Source: an uncultured virus (IMG/VR IMGVR_UViG_3300009194_000004)
Taxonomy: Duplodnaviria; Heunggongvirae; Uroviricota; Caudoviricetes
Direction: 5' to 3' (one strand)
Virus record (IMG/VR): IMGVR_UViG_3300009194_000004
Location: 1-64,000 of that record
Length of the DNA: 64,000 nucleotides
Shown here: positions 26,965-36,506 of the stretch, in pieces
How the letters are laid out: each line of letters opens with the position of its first letter
How positions within the stretch are numbered: the stretch's first letter is position 1
Notes under the pieces: generated by a model
What the model saw: the letters and a program-made list of their open reading frames with translations, nothing else
What the model was told of the DNA's origin: nothing
Databases searched by the model: none
Made by a program: the position numbers and the translations under genes

Positions 26965-28841
26965 TTTCCATGACTGGCCACAAAATCGGTGAGCAGTTCG
27001 TCCAGGGTTGGGGCACCCAAGATCTTCTGGCAGATCTCAACGGAGTTAACACGCCCTCCTGTGAGGTTGACGCCGACTTCTCGCCGATGATGCTCAGTGA
27101 TACCCTCCATGCGAGAAAACTCCATCACGCACGTCTCACGGGCGATGTTGAGCAACTGTGACACGTTGGGGTACGTGGATACGATGTCCAGGTCGGCTAC
27201 GTGGGCAAACACCAACGTTTTATAGTCGGGGAACTCCTGCACGCACTTCAGACCGGTCGGTCCAGCCATGTACGATGGCAACGTCACGATCCAGTCGTCA
27301 TGTCCGATAACGTGTTTGTCCAGCTCGTCCACCGGTTCGTCTGAGCTGGTGCCGATCACACACGCCGGTTCCCGGTTGAGGTACCAGAAGTGCATGTCGT
27401 CACACAGTCGTTTTGGGTTGGAGTTGAAGTTCTTGTAATCTGAGTTCTTGGCAAACATGGAGATGCTAGACGCCAAATCGTTGGTCTTTTCGTCCAACAA
27501 TTCCAGCGCGATACTATCGAAGACGTTGTAGATACCGTATTCGATCTTGTATTTCTCCTGCATGACTTCGTGCCAGCGCAGACCTGAGAGATGGGAGGTC
27601 GGTTCAAACTTCAGCTTACCAAAGTCCACCGCCAGCTCCAACGTGTCCCCCACGACGGCCCCGGCAATACCTTCGCGATCCACCCGTTTCTTGTTGATGG
27701 TGTATTTGGGGGTACCGCCCGGGTTGGTGACCAGCTTTTCGTCGCACTCTTCCAGAAACTTAGTGATGTCCTCCGGTGCAGCGACTTTCTTACTGACCTT
27801 AAAGCTGAGTTCTTTGTCCAGGATGAAATCGAGGGCGTACGAGCTGTCCTTCCCGTTCGCTACCCGCAGGTTGCGGTAAACGGGCATGGAATCGATCGCC
27901 TGAAAACTGGCCGGGTGGGTCAGCCAGTTCCAACGGTCCTCAATGTTGATGGACATGGTCTTACCGGAGGCGGTGACTTTCTGAGCCGGACCCCGACGGT
28001 AGTAGCAGTATTTGTACTTGTCCGGTACCCGGGGGTCAGAGAACACCTGAGCGGGATCGATAGCCGCATCTTCCAATGCAGCGATCATGCGCGTGATATC
28101 GAAGTCCATGTTCCAGAAGGTGAAGAACTCCGGTTGCCATTCGTGTAGTCGGTTCAGGATGGTGATGACAATGTCCGATGGGTTATCCACCACCAACACT
28201 TCCAACTTGGTGTTCCGTTTCCGAAGCAGTGGACCGATGTACTGTTCGGCAAGTGCGTGGGTTTTACCGATGGGATCATCAACGTCCCCAATCCACGATT
28301 TAAGGTAAACCAGGGTCGCGTTTTCCTTACATGTGGCGGACATGCAAATGATTTCGCCGTCCTTGGAGTGGACGTTGGTCTCAATATCGCCAGCGGCGAC
28401 TTTGTTGAAGGTGATCAGATCTGGCCACCGCTGACGGTAGTCGGCTTTAAACAAACAACTGCTGGAAACGTCGGCCCCGTAGAGGTACGGACTACGGGCC
28501 AGTCGTTTCAGTGGCGGGTTCGGCCCGGCGGAAAAGTCCCTAAGGGTTTGGGCAATCCGACGCGGCAATTCAATTTGGGTACTGGAGTATTTCTGGCAAT
28601 TACTGACGTACTCGTAGTCTTTCTTATCGCGGTGGGTTTGCCGTCCGGGTTGGGTTACCCAGAACGGACGTTCGTAATCTTCCTTCAGTCGCAGGTTCGG
28701 AACCTTGCGTCCGTCTTTTAGGTGGATGATCTCTTTGGCAACCAACAAATCGTGGTTACTACCGTCTTGGGCTTTAACGTAGGTAATGTGCTTTGGTTCG
28801 ATGCCCAAAACATCTTCTTTGGAAAACGAGTTGTTAGCCAT
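26895..28841 (-). CDS. Split family-B DNA polymerase, N-terminal/3'-5' exonuclease subunit (phiKZ gp82-like), 648 aa
   Basis: AAGGAG SD then ATG 28841; ExoI DIET, ExoII WNMDFD, ExoIII YNVFD; PolB motif A DIVSTYP; no motif C in this ORF. Confidence 0.85.
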   Translation of the reverse strand: MANNSFSKEDVLGIEPKHITYVKAQDGSNHDLLVAKEIIHLKDGRKVPNLRLKEDYERPFWVTQPGRQTHRDKKDYEYVSNCQKYSSTQIELPRRIAQTLRDFSAGPNPPLKRLARSPYLYGADVSSSCLFKADYRQRWPDLITFNKVAAGDIETNVHSKDGEIICMSATCKENATLVYLKSWIGDVDDPIGKTHALAEQYIGPLLRKRNTKLEVLVVDNPSDIVITILNRLHEWQPEFFTFWNMDFDITRMIAALEDAAIDPAQVFSDPRVPDKYKYCYYRRGPAQKVTASGKTMSINIEDRWNWLTHPASFQAIDSMPVYRNLRVANGKDSSYALDFILDKELSFKVSKKVAAPEDITKFLEECDEKLVTNPGGTPKYTINKKRVDREGIAGAVVGDTLELAVDFGKLKFEPTSHLSGLRWHEVMQEKYKIEYGIYNVFDSIALELLDEKTNDLASSISMFAKNSDYKNFNSNPKRLCDDMHFWYLNREPACVIGTSSDEPVDELDKHVIGHDDWIVTLPSYMAGPTGLKCVQEFPDYKTLVFAHVADLDIVSTYPNVSQLLNIARETCVMEFSRMEGITEHHRREVGVNLTGGRVNSVEICQKILGAPTLDELLTDFVASHGKKSDGPGSADTNSQPEATDVSLL

Positions 28842-28974
28842 ACGGTCAATTGCTCCTTTTGGTCTCTGTAGCATTGACAGAACCGGTAGAGTTTCCAACG
28901 GCCTAGTTCTGGAGCACGCATTATTTCTATGATTGTGCTTAAGCCTCAACGACCCACGAACAAGGAGTATACCC

Positions 28975-30279
28975 GTGTCTGAAATTTTACAAGTGTCGCA
29001 GGAATTTTTGAAAATCGGCGGCAACAAACAGCTTGGCGCGTTATTGCTGGCCAAGGTGGAAACCCTGATGGAGCGGTACAAGACCTCCAAGTTTTTGACC
29101 CAACCTGAGATGTTCGAACTGAACGAGATTATCAAGGGCTCTACCAACCTTGATGTTAAAGTGGAATACGTACCAACTCGGGAGTTGGTTTTTGGTATTT
29201 TGATACCTGGTTTCAACGGGCACAGTGGTACCACTGCCCGTCGGGGCGGTGCGCCAATCTCACTGAAAAGTCGTGAGATGCAGGAAAAGGTGTTGAAGTC
29301 CACCGTGGATCTGGAAAAGGCCCAGGTCACTGGAGAATTCACCAAAGTTCCATTTACCATGTTGATTCCGGAAAAGGTGTTCACGGGTCGGTATACGGCC
29401 GAGGAAGTTACGGCGGGAATCCTTCATGAGATCGGTCACGCGTTCTTCTCACTGGCAACGATCGGCGAGTACACCTGGTTGAACTATTACCTGACCGATG
29501 GCATGGAAGTACTACTGGGTAAGAAACCCAACAAGTACCGGGTGGACATTCTCAACTACGACTACCTAGAAAACCAGATCACCGATCAGAAACAGCGGGA
29601 AAAGTTGATCGCCGACCCCAGTGAGAAGAACCTCCGGCGAGCGATCCTTGAAGTCTGCCACAAGAAACCCCGTAACCACATGACCAACCAGGTCACGCGT
29701 GGGGCTTTGAAACGAGACGAGCAGTTGGCCGACGTCTTTGCCATGCGGATGGGATTCTCGCGCCACCTGGCAACCTTCATTGACAAGATCAGTCGTGAGG
29801 GTCCGGAAGGCAAACGGTACGCCCGAAAGCGCGGTATGTTCGTTACCATGGAAATCGTCAAGCTACTGAAGAACATCATCGCCGGCACGCTCGGGGCTGT
29901 GTTCACGATCCACACACTGGGCCTCTCAGGGATCTTCGCGTTCTTTTACATCTTCGGTAACAGCGTGGATGGCGACTTCGACAAAGACTACGACAACCCC
30001 ACAGAGCGGATTGTTAAGATGCGCCGGGAGGTGGTGACACAGATCAAAGACGCGGGTACGTCGCCGACTGAAAAGCTGGCACTGGACGAAGACCTCAAGG
30101 TGATCGACCAACTGCTGGACAAGCGCAACCAGTTCGAGAGCGTCTGGGAGTCTTTGGGATACATGATCGCTCCACGTGCCCGTCGGGAAAAACACCGACT
30201 GAAACACGAAGAACTCCTGGAAAGTTTGCTCGCCAATGATCTGTTCGTGCAAGCCAACCGTTTCAATCAACACACTTAA
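28975..30279 (+). CDS. Virion protein with zincin-like HExxH motif and hydrophobic segment (phiKZ gp83/84/86-like)
   Basis: AAGGAG SD then GTG 28975; ILHEIGHAF...EQLADVFA; hydrophobic stretch IIAGTLGAVF...FAFFYIFG; YDNPTER. Confidence 0.75.
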   Translation: MSEILQVSQEFLKIGGNKQLGALLLAKVETLMERYKTSKFLTQPEMFELNEIIKGSTNLDVKVEYVPTRELVFGILIPGFNGHSGTTARRGGAPISLKSREMQEKVLKSTVDLEKAQVTGEFTKVPFTMLIPEKVFTGRYTAEEVTAGILHEIGHAFFSLATIGEYTWLNYYLTDGMEVLLGKKPNKYRVDILNYDYLENQITDQKQREKLIADPSEKNLRRAILEVCHKKPRNHMTNQVTRGALKRDEQLADVFAMRMGFSRHLATFIDKISREGPEGKRYARKRGMFVTMEIVKLLKNIIAGTLGAVFTIHTLGLSGIFAFFYIFGNSVDGDFDKDYDNPTERIVKMRREVVTQIKDAGTSPTEKLALDEDLKVIDQLLDKRNQFESVWESLGYMIAPRARREKHRLKHEELLESLLANDLFVQANRFNQHT

Positions 30280-30294
30280 CGATAGGGTACTATC

Positions 30295-30750
30295 ATGAAA
30301 GCAGCAACCGCCCTGGCCAAACAATTGCGCCAAGCCGATTTTCCGGACTCTCATAAGCGTCAGCTCCGTGCGATGCATGTGGCTCAGGCACTGGCTTACC
30401 ACTGCAGCATTGAAGGCTGTGACAACCTGGAAGCGGTTCGGGAAAAATACAACCCGATCATCAAGAAGATGGTCAACGACGTCAACGAGTTCCTGCCGGT
30501 TGATACCCGTCTGGTGAACGAACTGTTTGATCAGATGATCGCCAGCCGTCTGGAACTGCTGTACGGCGTTAAGAAGCCGGCCCTGTTGAACATGGTGCTC
30601 AATTCCAGCGCCCTGTCCGACCGGGTTTCTGACGACTTCCACACGGTCGTTCGCAGTTACACCACGCAGCCCAACTTCGGGGGCATTCAGCAATCGGTGT
30701 GCGAATTGATGGCCAACGAACTCACCGTCGAGGCCGGGGACGAGGCATGA
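30295..30750 (+). CDS. Virion protein (phiKZ gp85-like)
   Basis: 151 aa; synteny within the structural operon. Confidence 0.65.
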   Translation: MKAATALAKQLRQADFPDSHKRQLRAMHVAQALAYHCSIEGCDNLEAVREKYNPIIKKMVNDVNEFLPVDTRLVNELFDQMIASRLELLYGVKKPALLNMVLNSSALSDRVSDDFHTVVRSYTTQPNFGGIQQSVCELMANELTVEAGDEA

Positions 30751-31043
30751 AACGACCACCCGCACCGGTCGGGCGGTTGGGGTATCCACAACTCACCGAT
30801 GAGTACCTCGAATCTTTGATCGTCCATGAAGACCATCATCATTTTCCCCAAACCGGGGTAACGGTGTATTGTCTGGTGGTCAAGAACGGGTACTCGGTCA
30901 CTGAGGAGGCGGTGTGTGCTAACACCGCCAACTTCGACCCGGAAGTGGGAAAACGACGCGCTCGCCGAAAGGCCATCGACGCTCTGTTGAAGCTGGAGTA
31001 TTACCTCCTGCGACAACGGATCTACGAAAACGACAAAACTTGA
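30747..31043 (+). CDS. Phage_gp49_66-family protein (Acb4-like nucleotide sponge candidate)
   Basis: ATGA-coupled start; TVYCLVVKNGYSV..AVCAN..NFDPEVG...A...A....LE.YLL matches the recalled family consensus. Confidence 0.7.
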   Translation: MKRPPAPVGRLGYPQLTDEYLESLIVHEDHHHFPQTGVTVYCLVVKNGYSVTEEAVCANTANFDPEVGKRRARRKAIDALLKLEYYLLRQRIYENDKT

Positions 31044-31059
31044 TTGGGAGTCCCTTTCA

Positions 31060-32265
31060 ATGGAACAGACATTTACCGAAGAGCAGGCACGATACCAGTC
31101 TGAACTCAAAACCATCAGCACGGCCGTTAACTGGCTTCAGGACCTGTACGATCGAATCATCAACGATGGGGTCTCTCGTTACGACATCGAAGCCTTGATG
31201 TCCATTCGCAACACCATCAACGACGCCGAGGACGTTCAGCTTGACGCAGTCCCGGCACTGGAGAGTTACGGAAGTGGCAGCTTCACCGACGAGCGCTCCA
31301 GTGTGAACCTGGACGCCGGCCTGGAAGGCATTGGTGGAACCATTGTCCAGACCATCAAACGGTGGATCAAGAAGCTGATCGACTACATCCGCAGCATCGT
31401 TCGTTGGTTCCGTAAGAACATGCGCGATGAGGAATACCTCCAGTCGCGACTAACAATGCACAAGAAGGCCATCGATCGCATGGCCACCGGCAGTAGCGAG
31501 ATGGCTACCCGTTACGTCAAGATTGATGAGCGGGAGTTTAAAGTCCAGCTCATGGAGCGTTGGAAGAAACTGCTGGCGGACTCGGGGATGGAATACACCC
31601 ACGAAAACCTGGCGGTCTTGGGTCACCCGGACATGGTGAAGGAATTCAACGAACTAGTTCAACACACCAGTGGGTTGACCACCGTGTTCCTGAACATGAC
31701 CCAAGGTCTCTACCAGTTCTTGGTTGAAACCGAGACGTCGCCAGATTCGTTTACTGCCGACTTCAACGTGTTTGACGGCATCCATCAGCAGAAGCTGGCG
31801 GTGGAGCAACTCAAACAGGTCCGTCCCGGCAAGACCATCGTGCGACACCATGACGCCAAGCGCAGTTACTTTAACAACGTAACTCCAAGCGGCGGTTTCC
31901 GTCTACCTACCGCACTGGTTGAAATCACCAAGTACGCGTACGTTTACGAAGCCATGGAAAAAGCGTCGGATACCCTGCGTGAGATCGAACGTAAGGTGGA
32001 CGTGGTGGATGAAACTGGGGACGTGGTGCGGATACTGAACAACGCTTCTCAATCGGTCGATGAACTGAACCACGTTGCGGAGTTCTTGTACCAGCACAAC
32101 AAGGTCAAAATGAAGATGTTGAAGATGATCGCCGATTACGAGAACTACCGGTTCTCGGTGATCTTCAAGCGGGCCAAGGACAACGCGGTGAACGACTACC
32201 AAGAACGGTCGTTGGGTAAGATCCGTAAAGAAGTGGAGAAGTTTCTGCGTGAGATCATGCAGTAA
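31060..32265 (+). CDS. Internal head protein (processed; phiKZ gp93-97-like paralog family)
   Basis: PALE|SY..SFT.ERS..N...GLE|GI propeptide pattern. Confidence 0.7.
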   Translation: MEQTFTEEQARYQSELKTISTAVNWLQDLYDRIINDGVSRYDIEALMSIRNTINDAEDVQLDAVPALESYGSGSFTDERSSVNLDAGLEGIGGTIVQTIKRWIKKLIDYIRSIVRWFRKNMRDEEYLQSRLTMHKKAIDRMATGSSEMATRYVKIDEREFKVQLMERWKKLLADSGMEYTHENLAVLGHPDMVKEFNELVQHTSGLTTVFLNMTQGLYQFLVETETSPDSFTADFNVFDGIHQQKLAVEQLKQVRPGKTIVRHHDAKRSYFNNVTPSGGFRLPTALVEITKYAYVYEAMEKASDTLREIERKVDVVDETGDVVRILNNASQSVDELNHVAEFLYQHNKVKMKMLKMIADYENYRFSVIFKRAKDNAVNDYQERSLGKIRKEVEKFLREIMQ

Positions 32266-32294
32266 CCACTGTTCCGGACATTGTGAGGTAGTGT

Positions 32295-33542
32295 ATGAAT
32301 ACTACAGATGAACAGTCGGTGTTGCTTCCCAATGAGTACGCAACGACACAAAAGTCGTTGGTGGCGGCGTTGGAATGGTTTTCTGATTTACACCAACAGG
32401 TGAGCGATCACGGTGTCAGTCAGGAGGAGGTGCGTGCTTTGGGTGATATGCTCGGGCACGTACAAAAGCTGCCGGCCCCAGAAATCACCGAAGACGACTT
32501 TGAGTTTACGCGCACGGTGCCTTGGGCCACCCCGGCGCTGGAGGCGTACCCGATCAAGAGCTTTACCTCGGAGCGCACCACGCTCAATCAGGAGGTGGCG
32601 CTCGAAGGGATTGCGCAGGCCATGGTACAGACGCTTCAAAAGCTGTTGCGGACGTTGTCGGCGGTGGTCGGCACCACTATGGATTACCTGAAGAAGGCGA
32701 TTCGCAGTGAGACCATCAGTGGGTTCAAGTTGAAGAATCTGTACAACGCAGTACTCAAGGCAGCGGAAGGGGCGACCCAAATTGAAACGAAGTACCTGCA
32801 CGACACATCGAGGATTGAAAAGGAATTGGTGAAGTATCGCCACAAGATCCTGGACGACTCCCCGGTCAAACGGACTCCGTTTCAGTTAGCTGCCTTTGGT
32901 GATCGTGAGTTTGCTCCGAAAGTCGAAATGACCATCAAGCAGATCCACGATTCAGCGCCTGCACTGGAACGCTACTTGACCCAGGTCAAACAAGTCCTGG
33001 GCCAACGTAACGCAACCAACACCGAGGCGTTATCAAACCACCCGGTGTTTCGCAAGCTGAAGGAACTGCGGTGGGACGTGGAGAACCTCTCGGAGAAATC
33101 CTCCAGTAAAGATTACGTCAGTACTCGACGGGGGTTGACGTATCTGACCGACGGACCCAAGCCCCGGGCTCGGTTCCCAGAGAAAGCAGGTAAGCTGGTG
33201 CAGTATAAGAAACAACTGTCCATGTTCGAACAGTTGGATCGACAACTCAACCAGATCTGGAAACAGAACCTGGTGGGGGACGGTGAGGATTTGAAACCGG
33301 TCTTGGAAGGTTTGCGAAAAGCCTCCCGGGCGGTGGAAAACCTTCAATCTGTAACGGAGTTCCTGTTCCGTTACAACCAAGCAAAACGCTCAGCACTGAA
33401 GGTGGCCTACAAACTGGAGAACAAACGGTTTTCCATGATGTACGGTGCCGCTAAGGAAGCGGCGATTACCGAGCCTCAGAAAGAAGGGCTCCGTGAACTC
33501 AAAGACGAGTACACGCAGGTGATTGCAACGCTGTTGAGTTAA
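32295..33542 (+). CDS. Internal head protein, tandem paralog of 31060..32265
   Basis: PALE|AY..SFTSERT..N..VALE|GI; shared C-terminal EFL..N..K...ENxRFS. Confidence 0.7.
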   Translation: MNTTDEQSVLLPNEYATTQKSLVAALEWFSDLHQQVSDHGVSQEEVRALGDMLGHVQKLPAPEITEDDFEFTRTVPWATPALEAYPIKSFTSERTTLNQEVALEGIAQAMVQTLQKLLRTLSAVVGTTMDYLKKAIRSETISGFKLKNLYNAVLKAAEGATQIETKYLHDTSRIEKELVKYRHKILDDSPVKRTPFQLAAFGDREFAPKVEMTIKQIHDSAPALERYLTQVKQVLGQRNATNTEALSNHPVFRKLKELRWDVENLSEKSSSKDYVSTRRGLTYLTDGPKPRARFPEKAGKLVQYKKQLSMFEQLDRQLNQIWKQNLVGDGEDLKPVLEGLRKASRAVENLQSVTEFLFRYNQAKRSALKVAYKLENKRFSMMYGAAKEAAITEPQKEGLRELKDEYTQVIATLLS

Positions 33543-33550
33543 GGCATAAC

Positions 33551-33572
33551 TGGCGGCCCCGAAGGGCCGCCA
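33551..33572. terminator. Bidirectional terminator
   Basis: TGGCGGCCC-cgaa-GGGCCGCCA between convergent genes. Confidence 0.8.
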
Positions 33573-33581
33573 CTATGTCCG

Positions 33582-36479
33582 TTACTTGGTGTGTTTCATG
33601 AACCCGATGTCGATGTCGTCCTGTACCGTCAACAACTGGTTGGAGAGGATGGTCAACCGTTTACGCAGTGACATCCGAACCGCGTCGTCCTGTATGGTTA
33701 CCACACTGAACTCGCCGTTCTTGTTCCCCAAACCACCCGCTTCGATGTTGATCACATCGTCACCGGCGTTGGCTTTCAGTCGGGCAATGATGTCCGACAC
33801 TGCCACGGTCTTACGGCCCAACATCTCGTTGACAATGGTTCGGGTGCTGCGACTGAGCGCGTCACGCAAACTGGCATTGCCAAACGCCGAGTCCCGGAGG
33901 TAGTAGTTCACGTAGAACTTCTGTTCCAACGGGATGGTGGTTTCGTCGCCGTCACGTACCAGGGCCAGCGTATCACCCAGGGTTACCGTTGGGTGCAGGT
34001 ACAGTTCACTCTGTTCCAGCAGACGGTCTCGGATGGTGTCCAAATCGTTCCGCAGCCACCCGACGATCTGAAGCGGCACTTCTTCACGGTACGCCAAGGT
34101 CTGTTGTTCTTCAGCAAAGTAATACTTTCCGTCAAACAACAACAGGGTGAACTCCCGAAGAATCTTTCGGGGCGCAACCAGTTCCGGATGACCGTCACTA
34201 CCCAAGACCACGTCGCCTTTGACGTGACGATAAACCACGTTACCGTCGCTGTCGTACTTGACGTCACCCACCGCGTGTTCCACCTCGTACGTGATGTTGC
34301 CATCGGCGTCCTGACCCAGAATCAACTGGCCGTTCTCATCACGTTTGTAGACAGTTTGCTGGTAAGTGTACGGTACGTTGCTGTTGTAACGCTTGTAGCT
34401 GGCCTCGCTGATCAAGCTTCGGTTCCGACGCCACAATCCAGACAGGTCATAGCCCAAACGCAAACGCAGACGTTCACGGCCGACGACCATGAAGTTTTCC
34501 GGCAGTAGGTGAGTCTGCACCAACGCGTCCAACTCACCGTGTTGGTAGCCTACGGTGGCGCGACTGCTGGCAATGAAGCTGATGTCGAAGTCGGCTTCCA
34601 GTGGGACAAAGAACTCATTCTGGACTTCGTTGTACATGGTGAAGTTCTCAGTACGCAACTCACCCCGTTCATTGATGTCGTAATTGGTTTCGATGTCAAA
34701 CTGGTAAACCCGCTCGTCACCATCCTTACCTACCAGCGTCCCGTTCAAGCTGGCGTAGTTGTTCTCACCTCCCGGCCGGTAACCCAACTGAATGTGGACC
34801 TTATCATCCTTGATTTCTTTGAACTGGTCACTGGAGACCAATTTCACCAACAGCCGGTAACCGGTTGCCGTGCGTTCCAGTCGGTGTTGATCCACTGAGA
34901 CCTGCATTGCCGAGGTTTCGTTTTCACCGACAAACACCTTGCGAAGCACTTCGGGCTGGTCCAGGTAATACGGGCGCACGTCGAACCGTTCGTCGGTAGC
35001 TTCCAGAACGTAATGGAACGGGGTATAGAGGAACCGCCGCTCGTTGATCTGACGGGTTTTGATATCGCCCTGAACGGTGTTCAGCTGGTTCAGATCGTAG
35101 TCCGAGACCACCGACACCACCCCGTCCTTGTACTCGTACAGCAGGTCGGGCGTCAGCGTGATGCGTTGGCCGTTGTCGTACACGTACTGAGACTTGCCCA
35201 GTTGTTCCAGGGTTTGCTGAACCTGACCCATGGTGCAGCCAATCGCACTGGCGGTGAGGTTGTTGTTCGTAGTCGGCAAATTACGCGACGCCAGGAACTG
35301 TCGGTTGGTGATGTTGTCGATGTTGGTCACGACCGAGAACCCAAGCGTTTGCAGTTCGGTCTCCAGCTGCGCGTGTGTGATGGGCACACGCATACCACCA
35401 AGGCTGTTATTGATCACCCGGTCACGCAGGGTTTCGAAACTCACCGCCGGACTGCCACCACTGAACCGTTCCGGGCTGATCGCCTGCAGTCGGTTAAACG
35501 TGTGCAGCGGTGCGGTGAACCGATCATCGTTGTCCAACTCACTCATCTGCATGACAAACTGACTGGCTTGGTAACTACCCAGGTCCATCTCCAGTCGACC
35601 CTTGGTCGTGTAGATATCGACTCGAACCTCACCGTCGATACTGCCAGTGGTGTTGTAAATCAACGGCAGTTTCACTTTTAGTGTGTTACCAACGACCTGT
35701 AGTACCGCCGTCAACTGCGTGGGATCGTACACCTGTTCAGTGTGGGTCGTTTTGATTTCCTGCCAGGTTCCGTCGTCTTGCGAGACATACACCCGGGCGT
35801 AATAGAACGAGTCTTGGAAACTGTATTCGGAGGAGTACCCCGATGTGGCGTTGAGCGTTTCGGTGAACGTTTCGATTTTGAATTGCCCCACCGGCACGCG
35901 GAGCACCAGCAGCTCATCGCGGTCGATGTTAACCACGTCCCAATCCACGATGTTCGATTCCAACGTTTGCACCGGAGATGGCCGATCGACGTCGTACACA
36001 ATTTGCAGACCACCATGGGACATCACCCGCAGTTCGATGGGGTACTGCATGGTGAACGTCGTTTCGGCAACGGTAAAGCTGGTGGCGCGTGGGATGGTCA
36101 GTTTCCGAACACCGTGACCCACACCGGTCGTGACGGCCTTGGCCATCACTTCGGCTTTACTCAGGTAAATCTCAAAGGTGGTCCAAGCCGGGCTGGCAAA
36201 CCGCCCGAGGTAATCGACGTCGGCCATGTGCAGGTACAGCTCGTCAGGGGTCAGCGCCATGCTCGGGTAAATGCGACGCAGCAATGCCTCGCCCTCGGTA
36301 ATGGCCATGCTGGTATTCAAGATGCCGGCTTCCATCAAAAATGGAAACGGACTGCTGGCGTCAGGAACGTCGTAATCGCCCTGACCACTCAGCTGCGATT
36401 CAAGCTCTCCATAAACAACGTCCTGCATCAAACTGGGGTTGAAGCGAACGTCCTGAAGACGCTTCTTAAAATCACTCAT
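33582..36479 (-). CDS. Baseplate wedge-like virion protein (phiKZ gp87-like)
   Basis: 965 aa; PF.FLMEA, YPSMA...ELY.HM, GG......LRDRV (T4 gp6/baseplate J-like); synteny. Confidence 0.75.
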   Translation of the reverse strand: MSDFKKRLQDVRFNPSLMQDVVYGELESQLSGQGDYDVPDASSPFPFLMEAGILNTSMAITEGEALLRRIYPSMALTPDELYLHMADVDYLGRFASPAWTTFEIYLSKAEVMAKAVTTGVGHGVRKLTIPRATSFTVAETTFTMQYPIELRVMSHGGLQIVYDVDRPSPVQTLESNIVDWDVVNIDRDELLVLRVPVGQFKIETFTETLNATSGYSSEYSFQDSFYYARVYVSQDDGTWQEIKTTHTEQVYDPTQLTAVLQVVGNTLKVKLPLIYNTTGSIDGEVRVDIYTTKGRLEMDLGSYQASQFVMQMSELDNDDRFTAPLHTFNRLQAISPERFSGGSPAVSFETLRDRVINNSLGGMRVPITHAQLETELQTLGFSVVTNIDNITNRQFLASRNLPTTNNNLTASAIGCTMGQVQQTLEQLGKSQYVYDNGQRITLTPDLLYEYKDGVVSVVSDYDLNQLNTVQGDIKTRQINERRFLYTPFHYVLEATDERFDVRPYYLDQPEVLRKVFVGENETSAMQVSVDQHRLERTATGYRLLVKLVSSDQFKEIKDDKVHIQLGYRPGGENNYASLNGTLVGKDGDERVYQFDIETNYDINERGELRTENFTMYNEVQNEFFVPLEADFDISFIASSRATVGYQHGELDALVQTHLLPENFMVVGRERLRLRLGYDLSGLWRRNRSLISEASYKRYNSNVPYTYQQTVYKRDENGQLILGQDADGNITYEVEHAVGDVKYDSDGNVVYRHVKGDVVLGSDGHPELVAPRKILREFTLLLFDGKYYFAEEQQTLAYREEVPLQIVGWLRNDLDTIRDRLLEQSELYLHPTVTLGDTLALVRDGDETTIPLEQKFYVNYYLRDSAFGNASLRDALSRSTRTIVNEMLGRKTVAVSDIIARLKANAGDDVINIEAGGLGNKNGEFSVVTIQDDAVRMSLRKRLTILSNQLLTVQDDIDIGFMKHTK

Positions 36480-36506
36480 CGGAACGGTCCTTTTGGTTTA
36501 ATGTGC

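Noticed and set aside
28842..29384. 181-aa N-terminal extension of the 829-aa ORF 26895..29384
   Set aside because: Overlaps the divergent gene and promoter region; a clear AAGGAG SD precedes ATG 28841
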